A stretch of 64,000 bases of DNA. It comes from a virus (Duplodnaviria; Caudoviricetes). Position 1 is the stretch's first letter; each line of letters begins with the position of its first letter. This document shows, piece after piece, positions 28,096 to 37,400 of the stretch. Below the pieces are notes generated by a model. That model had not been told where the DNA came from, did not search any database, and saw nothing but the letters and a program-made list of their open reading frames with translations. Made by a program: the position numbers and the translations under genes. The stretch is taken from positions 128,001 through 192,000 of the IMG/VR virus record IMGVR_UViG_3300032332_001787. The stretch is one strand, 5' to 3'.

Positions 28096-28867
28096 TCAAT
28101 TATCAGATAAGCAAAAAGTAGATGTATTACAAAAATACTATGTAGAAAAAAAATTAAGTTTTCAAGATATAGCCGGAATGTATAATACATATGCTAATAA
28201 AATTAGAAGAGATGCTAAAAAGTTAAATATCAACATAAGAGATAAAAGCGAAGCTCAAAAAAATGCTCTATCAACTGGTAAGCATAAACATCCAACAAAA
28301 GGTAGTCAAAGATCTGAAGATACCAAAAATAAAATAGGTTTGTCTGTTATGGAATCTTGGAATACTTTAAGTCCTGATGAACTACATCAAAGAAAAGAAA
28401 AAAGCAGAATCAATTGGGAGCAAATGGATGACGATGTCCGAGCTAACCTAATCAAGTCTGCTAACAATGCTGCTAGACTAAGTAGCAAAACTGGCTCAAA
28501 ACTAGAAAAATTTTTACTAGATAAGTTATTACAAGATGGCTATGTTGTAGAATTTCACAAGGAACAATCTTTACTAAATACCAAGTTGCAAATCGACCTG
28601 TTTCTTCCTACAATGAATGTGGCTATAGAAGTTGATGGGCCGTCTCACTTCTCTCCCATATGGGGAAGTGATGCTTTGGCAAAAAATCAAAAATATGACG
28701 AAAAGAAAAATGGATTATTAATTGGTAAAGGACTTAGTTTAATTAGAATCAAACAAGTAAAGGATTTTTCCAAAGCTAGGGCCAATATTATTTATCAAAA
28801 TCTTGCTGAAGTTTTACAATCAAAAGCTTACAAAACAAATACTATTTTAGAAATAAAGGACGAATAA
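28076..28867 (+). CDS. Free-standing endonuclease: HTH plus NUMOD3-like plus Vsr/DUF559-like nuclease
   Basis: LSFQDIAGMYNTYANKIRR (HTH), KGSQRSEDTKNKIG (NUMOD3-like) and IDLFLP..NVAIEVDGPSH. Confidence 0.7.
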   Translation: MSSLNYSQLSDKQKVDVLQKYYVEKKLSFQDIAGMYNTYANKIRRDAKKLNINIRDKSEAQKNALSTGKHKHPTKGSQRSEDTKNKIGLSVMESWNTLSPDELHQRKEKSRINWEQMDDDVRANLIKSANNAARLSSKTGSKLEKFLLDKLLQDGYVVEFHKEQSLLNTKLQIDLFLPTMNVAIEVDGPSHFSPIWGSDALAKNQKYDEKKNGLLIGKGLSLIRIKQVKDFSKARANIIYQNLAEVLQSKAYKTNTILEIKDE

Positions 28868-28868
28868 A

Positions 28869-29606
28869 ATGATGGTAAAGGGAAAGAAAGAGACACTTGA
28901 AGAAGTTCCTCAGACACTTAATAAGATTGAAGAAAAGACTATTCCGTCTCCTAATGATCTGGCCTGGACTGACTATGTTTTGGGTCTTTTGTCTGAAGAT
29001 GAAAAAATTAGTGGAAATCCCACTACCGATGGACTAAGAAGAGTTTTTGAAATAGCTTTAAATTGTACAGTTATTGCCTCGGTGAGTGATGTTGTTCAGA
29101 CCCCTGAGCCAAATAATGAAAAAAGAGCCACCGTGGTTCACTCTATAACCTATATTTTAAATGATGGCGACCCACAGAAGCCAGAATTAAATGCCGTGAC
29201 CATAAACGGAGCTGCGGACGTTTTCTGGGGTAATTGTGACAAGGTATATCGCAACTACCCGGTAGCTGTAGCAGAAACACGAGCTGAGGGAAGAGCTTTA
29301 AGAAGGGCTCTAAAACTACGCAAAGTTGTGGCAGCAGAAGAAATCGCCAAAGATATTGAAGATCATCCTGATGAGAATTCGGTATCAAAAATTAGTGTTA
29401 ATCAAATAAACTTTATAGATGTGATTGCCCAACGACTAAATATTAATGTTGTCCTATTAATAAAAACACTTGCAATATCCGAAGAAAACGTTTATAATAT
29501 CTCTCATGAGAACGCTGTGGGCATTATCAAACAACTCACAACTTATCAGCAGGATATGACTAAAATTCCTGAAGAACTACTAGGCTATCAATCAAACTGG
29601 AAATAA
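28869..29606 (+). CDS. Putative single-strand annealing protein (Rad52/Sak-like)
   Basis: TVVHSITY strand, GAADV and AVAETRAEGRALRRAL helix resemble SSAP cores. Confidence 0.45.
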   Translation: MMVKGKKETLEEVPQTLNKIEEKTIPSPNDLAWTDYVLGLLSEDEKISGNPTTDGLRRVFEIALNCTVIASVSDVVQTPEPNNEKRATVVHSITYILNDGDPQKPELNAVTINGAADVFWGNCDKVYRNYPVAVAETRAEGRALRRALKLRKVVAAEEIAKDIEDHPDENSVSKISVNQINFIDVIAQRLNINVVLLIKTLAISEENVYNISHENAVGIIKQLTTYQQDMTKIPEELLGYQSNWK

Positions 29607-29609
29607 ATC

Positions 29610-29942
29610 ATGAAAGTATTTTATAAGGCTAATGATAAACTGTCCTTTGAATTAGAAGCTTCTGGTCAAAAAGAAGTTTTTAAAGAACTAGCCTTAATTC
29701 AAGAAATATTCTCAGAAGATAAATGTGGATTGTGTAAGAGCACTAATTTAAAGTTTATAGTGAGAAATGTCGAAGGTAACGACTACTATGAACTTAGGTG
29801 TGTGGATTGCGGAGCGCTTTTGGCCTTTGGACAGCACAAAAAGGGTGGTACGCTGTTTCCAAAAAGGAAAGATGATGATAATAATTGGTTACCTAATAAT
29901 GGTTGGCACAAATGGCAAAAAAATCAGTCAGAAAAAAGCTAA
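29610..29942 (+). CDS. Zinc-ribbon hypothetical protein
   Basis: CGLC ... CVDC pair. Confidence 0.65.
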   Translation: MKVFYKANDKLSFELEASGQKEVFKELALIQEIFSEDKCGLCKSTNLKFIVRNVEGNDYYELRCVDCGALLAFGQHKKGGTLFPKRKDDDNNWLPNNGWHKWQKNQSEKS

Positions 29943-30925
29943 AAAACAAAGCAATAGCATCAGAAAAAATAATTTATTTTCTGTATCAAAATGGCTTTTT
30001 ACAGAGTACTATTGTACATACTATAGTTCTACTAATAATGGCTTTAATAGTTGTTAAAGAGATAGAAAAAAAGCCCATCAAGATCAACCTCTCGTTTGCT
30101 TCAACATCTGATCAAGAAAACTTATCTCTAGATAGAGTCTTAGAATTTCCAAAAACAGAAACTCAAGAAGAATCTATTGATGTTTTTGAACAACAAAATA
30201 ATTCTAAAATTGTGGAGGCTTTAACATCAGTCGATACCTCAGAAGATATTTCTATTAAGGATATAATATTAGATAAGGAAAAATTTGATCAATCATTCAT
30301 AGATGAGATACCCCTGGCCCATCTAAATAAAGAAATTAAAATCAAAGAACAACAAAATTCTACTAGAAAAAATCATAGTGTAACAAATACCAGACAATTT
30401 GGTATAGCAGATACTAATCAATTGGAAGCGTTGTCAAAAGCTTTATCTGATAGAAGAACCACTCACGGTAATGAAAATCTATTTGCTAATAATAACGGGT
30501 CAATGGATATAGGAAATAGATTAGCATTAGCTGGTGCTAAAACTGGAGATATACAAATTTCTATAGCATGGAATACCACTGATGACATTGATTTACATGT
30601 TGGATTTAATAATGGAGCAGGAGTAACCTCTCACATATCGTGGATGAATAGATTTGGTCATGCTGGAGGAATGTTAGACGTTGACATGAATGCTAATCCA
30701 ACTAGACTAGTTAATAAACCTGTTGAAAATGTTTTTTGGCCAAAAGGTGGAGCCCCATATGGGGAGTTTATAGTTAGTATCCATAATTTTAGAAATTGGT
30801 CAGGACTAGCTGCTGTTCCAGTAATGGTTGTTATTGTTCATGAGGGTAAGACCACAACTTATCAATCTACAGTTACTACTAATAATACTAAAGAAATTGT
30901 TAGATTTAAAAGAATACCAAAATAA
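29903..30925 (+). CDS. Membrane-anchored protein with YfaP/DUF2135-like C-terminal domain
   Basis: TM helix IVHTIVLLIMALIVV and an acidic linker, then GDIQISIAWNTTDDIDLHV, LDVDMNA and PVENVFWP. Confidence 0.65.
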   Translation: MAQMAKKSVRKKLKNKAIASEKIIYFLYQNGFLQSTIVHTIVLLIMALIVVKEIEKKPIKINLSFASTSDQENLSLDRVLEFPKTETQEESIDVFEQQNNSKIVEALTSVDTSEDISIKDIILDKEKFDQSFIDEIPLAHLNKEIKIKEQQNSTRKNHSVTNTRQFGIADTNQLEALSKALSDRRTTHGNENLFANNNGSMDIGNRLALAGAKTGDIQISIAWNTTDDIDLHVGFNNGAGVTSHISWMNRFGHAGGMLDVDMNANPTRLVNKPVENVFWPKGGAPYGEFIVSIHNFRNWSGLAAVPVMVVIVHEGKTTTYQSTVTTNNTKEIVRFKRIPK

Positions 30926-30934
30926 AAACAATAA

Positions 30935-31420
30935 TCAGTTATTTATTGGTCCCCACTTATTAGCTGGGCAACTTTGATCTTTATGAGCTAACTTATTCTG
31001 ATGATTAGCTTCGCGAATAACAGTACATCCACAAAGTAAACAAGAATTATTTTGGAAATATTCACAAGTATTACAAATACCTAGCCTGTGTTCTATCTCT
31101 TCTTTAGAGCATAGATTATTTTCATTATTGTGATTAACTTCTCTAGCTACTTGGTCTTTTGTGTCTTGTTGTAACTGATCTAATAATGCCTCAGATATTG
31201 CTTGTTTAGAAGATCCTGCGTGAATCGGGGGAGCAACAGAGTCTCCCGTGTGCGCTTGGTGAATCTTGGAGGATAGATCTTCCATTTTTTTAAAACATAA
31301 TATCTTAGTATCCGGTGACTCTAATCCAACGGTCAAACCACAGTATTTACATTGAAAAAGTGGTTTATTATTGTAAAAAGTATTTAATGGTTGTAAATCA
31401 CAATAAGTAGAATTAATCAT
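30935..31420 (-). CDS. Small Cys-rich protein
   Basis: CKYCG and RLGICNTC..CLLCGC..CPANKW. The ATG at 31420 overlaps the upstream stop and is preferred to 31510. Confidence 0.65.
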   Translation of the reverse strand: MINSTYCDLQPLNTFYNNKPLFQCKYCGLTVGLESPDTKILCFKKMEDLSSKIHQAHTGDSVAPPIHAGSSKQAISEALLDQLQQDTKDQVAREVNHNNENNLCSKEEIEHRLGICNTCEYFQNNSCLLCGCTVIREANHQNKLAHKDQSCPANKWGPINN

Positions 31421-34400
31421 ATTCAATCCTGTTAGCTCGACAACATGCTTGATCATTATCACACTTAGATGATGATCTATTATAGCAATGAGGACCTGTT
31501 TCGCAATCATCTGTTTTATATTTTGATCTTAATGATAAATTATTAGTGTCGCAATGAGAAGAAAACTCATTACATTTAATAGATGTATCTACTCCTTTTA
31601 ATATATCTTGAACATTTTTAGGTCTTCTATAAGAGTATGTGTAAGACGCTGTCAAAACAGTTACTGTTGCTTCTCTGAATTGAGGATCAGTAGTTGTTGC
31701 TCTATATTGGATAGCTGGATAACTAATTGATCCAAAATTAAGCTGACTGCAACTTCCGGGAACAACTCCCTCAATAATATCATTAATATCATATGTATTT
31801 ATATTATTTTTACAAACAGCTATATTCATATAAGCTTGTTTCATATTAGCTTTCCACTCAGACACATACACTCTATTGGCATCATTATTAGAAGTTTCTA
31901 TAGGAAAATGCACACCTATATCGCAACCAACTACCGCTGGTGGTCCTAATCCACTAGTATCTCGATCATAATGAATATTAAAGTAATTGCCTGGAGTACA
32001 TTCACTACCTCCTGTTTTAGTAATACAAGTATGCCACGGGAAAGAATCTGGTGCTGGTTTTCCACATTGGCCATATCCACAATTGCTACTACTCCAACCA
32101 CGACAACTATTAGCATCTGGACATAGTTTACAAATATTACAATATATAGTTTGACAACCACCCAAACTCACCGGGCCATTTTCATTAGGATTCCCCTGTA
32201 ATAAATATCCAAGAACACACGTTCTTGTTTCTGTGATAATATCCCATGGTGGAGATTGGTCGGTCATAACAGCTCTATTTGGCCCAACATCGCAGTAAGA
32301 GCATTCGCTGGTTAAAGAGTCGTTTACAACAAAACTATCATCTGGAACTGTAACTTTTAATTTAGGACAATTATTAATAGTATTATCAAAACATTGTGAT
32401 TTATTAGGTAATGATATAGTAATATTATTATTAGTATAATTTATAGTGCAAATGTGTGTGGAGCAATTTGCCGTGTATGGTAAATTATTATTTATTGTCT
32501 CTATTTCATAAATATAATATCTAGTGGGTTGAGATACTACACAAGAATACCATAAACATTCCTCATTAGCTGTTAAAACTCCAACTGGTCCAGGCATTGC
32601 ATATTCTCCTGTTTTATTACAACTAATATTATCAGAGATAATATCTGGATCTCTTAATTTACCAACTAATTTTCTTTTATGTCCTTTTAAAGTGATACTA
32701 TGTCTAGCATATTCAAAATTATAATCAAAATCACTATATTCATAATTTAATGATTTACAGGCGCATCCATCAATCTTATCAGAGCTTCTACAATACCCAT
32801 AAGAATAATTATCACATTCACAAGAGTCTCCGGTGCTACTTGGAGATGGTGGCCATTCGCTACCAAAAATATTATATCTTTGATTATCGTTCCATGTATT
32901 TTGTGCAGTTAAACTGAAGCATGTGCCACATTCTGATGTAGCGTATCTAGGATTTTTAGAATATCCTATTACATCATCTACTATAGTTCCACTATCGAAA
33001 CTTTCCAATGGACCATAGTTAGTATTTCCAGAATCAAATTGTGGATTTACACTAGCTCCATTCCAATGACAACCTCCTTGAACTCCACGACTCCATCCAT
33101 TAGAACTAAATGTAACTTTTTTAGATCCTATACCCTCACATCCATTTGGAATAGAAATAGGTCCAACACCTCTATTTGTACACTCATCATAAGGCAATGC
33201 ATTTGGAGCACATCCCCCATTATGAGCTATATATACGTCTTTATGACCATATATATACCGAGTATCAGGACAAGGAGCACCTCTTGGATTTGATTCATCT
33301 TGCCAGTATGGAAAACTAGCCTCTGTTCCATTTTGGTCAATAATAATAGTAGCTGATGTAATTTTATTACTCAAATTAATACTTTTTTGAGCTCTTTCTT
33401 TACAATTACCTATCTGAGTGTAAGTTTGATTAGAAGCTGGGGAAAAAATAGAATTAGTAGACACTACCAAAGATTTTGATCTTGTTTGTTCTTCATAGAT
33501 CTGACCAGTAATCGATATTCCATTCATTTCAGCTACAATATTAATTTTTCCATTGTTTCTTTGAATGCTAATAGATATGGCAGTATTCTCAATTTCGACA
33601 GACACTCTTGCTCCAACAGCAGCTTTACCATCTATCGAAATAGATCCATTAATTTGACGCTCCTTTGAAATATCTGCCCCAATATCTAAATCATAGGGTA
33701 TATTTTTATATAAATCTTTAGCTTCTATTTTTGGATCAGAATACTTTATTAAATCTATTAAAGTTATAGGATTTTCTGATTCATCTATTCTTTGTAGATT
33801 AATTTTTTGTTTTTGGCCATAAACTAATCTAAAAAACATTTCATTAGCTAATGAGTCTGTGTTTTTAACTAATGTTGTATGGTCATCTACTATACTAGAA
33901 GTTAAAGTATTTTGGTATTCTTCATTTAATATAGAATATCGATTAAAAGATGGTCTTGGAGTATAGCTTGGATTAGACGATACTGGATAGAGCGGATTGT
34001 CTGGATCTAATTCAAATCTTTGAATATAATGTAATTGATTATTACCAATTGGATTATATAAACCAGCATCATAAGAAAGTATATAAGGAATAGTATTACT
34101 TAAAATACTAATAGGTTTTGTTTTTTCTACAAAGATATCATATTTCCCACTATAATTTGACCAGCCGACAGTATTTATTCCACATAGTCTACTATCGCAA
34201 TTACCAACAGTATCAGTATCACAATAAATAGGATATCTAGCAAAAGGTCTTGTAGTAAAGTTTGTTTTTGTAAAATGATTAAAGTTAAATTTATTAGAAG
34301 AAAATTGAATATTAGTTGATGGAATAGATGGAGTAAAGGTTCTTAAGCAGTTTTGTCCATTAAATAAAGTAGTATGGTTAACTTCTGATAATTGCATAGG

Positions 34401-37400
34401 GACATCATCTATTCTTAAAGTATTACTATAGAATACATCAGAACTAAAAGAGATTGCTGATCTTAACATATTACCAGTATTAAAATTAATCCAAAACTTA
34501 TTAGGAGTAGTTGAGGGATTTATAAAAGAACCCCATTCATGATTTGTTGGAAGATTTGCATGTATGCCACTAATTATAATTGTGCCGGATATGATATTAT
34601 TGTTATTTAAGAAAGAACTAATATTGCTTCTAAAATTATTAGTATTTTCTCCGGGAGCTGGTATAAAATTTATATCCATAAATGGTAAAAAATTATGATG
34701 ATTAAACCAGTCACTATCAATTAATGAGTCATTCAATCCAATATTATATTTTTGATGTATGGTATAATATACTAGTCCTGTTTGAGATATATTTAAGGTT
34801 TGATTATTTGTTTTTAATAAATAATTATATAGTTTATATTTACTATTATTAATAACAATTTTATTAAAATTATTATTGTAAGTACTATTTGGATAATTAT
34901 CTCTTAAATAATTTTTATTATATATATAATTACTTAATTCATTTGTTAATTTTTTATCAAAATCTATCAAGTCAGTCCACTTAGTAGAATAAATCTGATT
35001 ATTTAATAAAGAATCAGATTCTGATTTTAGTGCAGGATTAATATTTTTATATATTATGATTGAATCGATACCTTGGCTTCCTCCTGGTTGATCACTAATT
35101 TTAGTAAAATCTAAATATGCTTCATCGTATTTTAGTTCTTTATCAAAAGTTAAAGCAGTATATGTTCTAATGAATTGATTATTATTTTTATTGCTATTAT
35201 TAGACTTAATAAAATTATTATTTTTATCTACATATTTAATATAGATACTTTTTTCAATAATTTTACATGTATATTTTTCTCGTAAGTTTTTTTTGTTAAT
35301 AACAACAACTTCTTGATCACAAGTTTTTTTACTGTTGTATACATATCCGGCTTTATTATGCAGGCTGTAGTTGATGTGTAGATCGCTAAAGTTAGTATAT
35401 AAATAATTATAATCAGATAGTCTATATGAAGAGTAGTTATTTTTAGATCCACCAATGTATCTCCATCTGGTACCATTGGTCAATACAACATCGGGGTTTT
35501 GTTCTGAAATAAGATCTTGTTCATCTGAACTAAGATTAGTTATGGAGTCAACCGCAGCAACAGTAGCCGTATCTTTTTCTGCGACATAAAAATAAGATCT
35601 AATTCCATCAACTAAAACCTTTTTTATATTGTTAGATTTAGTAAATGATATATGGTATATGGGATAATTATTATTAAAAGCAAAAGTTGAATTACCAGTT
35701 GGATAAAAATTATATACAAAATCAAATTCTATAGGCTTTTTAGGACAAGATGGCAGCCAAGAACCAGGAGATATTGAATGATTTTCTTGTTTTAAATATT
35801 CAAAAAGATATGGTTCTCCTATATATATACTATCTTCATTAATAAATCCAAAAGTATTTGGAACAGCATATTCATACCAGCCGTCTGGTAATTGTAAGTA
35901 TAGTCTTAATTTTTTATGGTTATCAAAATTATTAATTTGTTCTATTACTTTTTTAAATGATTGATTGATATCTCCAATAAAAATACTGCCAGAATTAAAT
36001 GTCTTATCCGATCTAAAGTAGTCTTTATCATAATCTATATAATAGCTATTATCAGTTAAATCATGATTAATAGATGTTTTATTATTAAGGTTTGGATCAC
36101 CGATAATTAAACCACTATTAGGATGAAAGAAACCTTTGGATAATGTTCCCATAGCGGATGGAGTTTTGATAGCAAAATTTAAAATTTGTTTTCTTGGAAT
36201 TCTACTAAATTTAATTGGAACAGAGCTTATTTCATCTCCTCTGCCACCAAATATACTATGTGAATCACAGAAATTACCAACAGGAGGATAAAGAATATAT
36301 TCAGCACCCAATAAACCTGCTAAATATGGGTTCACAAGTTTAATAGATACAGAAGATCCCAAAGATCCTCCTTTGTCTATAAATTTCTTTTTTTGTTGAT
36401 CATATATAGTAATAGAATCATTAAGCTTAACTAAGTTTGTATATCTTTGATATCCCAAATTAGAAGAACTAGTCATTTCACCAGTTTCAAAATCTTCTTG
36501 ACTATTCGTTGGTTTAAATAAATCAACTCCCTCCAATATCTCTGCCCATATATCAGCATGAATAGTATCATAAGATGGTAATGTAGCTGACCATGTTGTT
36601 GCAGCATAGTTATTTAAAGTAATTGTTACAGATTTTTCACAACCGTAAGGATTTAGAGGATCAATTTTTTTTGATACTACAGATAAGTTTGTGCCTATTG
36701 CTGGATGATTAGGTATAGTATTACTGCCTATCATGCTACTTAATTGATCGGATGAAAAACCTCCATATGATTGAATTTTTGGACTATTAACAGTCGAAAG
36801 CCCCGGAGTAAATAATACAGGATCGTTGGTGAAAACTAATGGAGAGTTGCAAGTATAAGGATATTCTGGTATAGTATTCAAACCAAAACACTTGCAGCTA
36901 TCTTTTATAGGAAATGCTCTACAGTTATAAGAATCCGAACTACTACCTCTTAGTTTTTCAATTTTTACATTAAAAATTTTTATACCAACATCTTTAGTTT
37001 CAAAAGTTAATGACAAATTACCTTGAGGCATAGAATTTATACCTCTGACAAATACTGTGGATCCAGAGTTATTAAAAGCACTAGCATAAAATATACCACC
37101 CTGACTATGAAATGCTAGTCTGTCTATATGAGGATTAAAAACAGAAACAGGATATGATCTTTTAAAATATTTGGAGCCATCTAAAACAAATCTACCTAAT
37201 CTGGTTCCAGTAACATTAGCTCCGTCGCTGTTATTTGCTCTAAAAGCATCACGAGCATCACACCAACTCTCGGATCCCTGATATCGATCACAAATTTCTG
37301 TTATATTTATATTAGGTAATTTATAACTACTATCCTCATCACAACGACTACAGTATTGACTTAATGGAGTACTATTGGTAATAATTCTAGGATAATTATT

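Noticed and set aside
30926-30934. Bidirectional terminator at the convergence of the two blocks
   Set aside because: The gap is only 9 nt and no convincing GC stem is visible.
31421-31510. 30-aa N-terminal extension of the small Cys-rich ORF
   Set aside because: It lies inside the upstream giant gene. The ATG at 31420 gives normal stop-start coupling.
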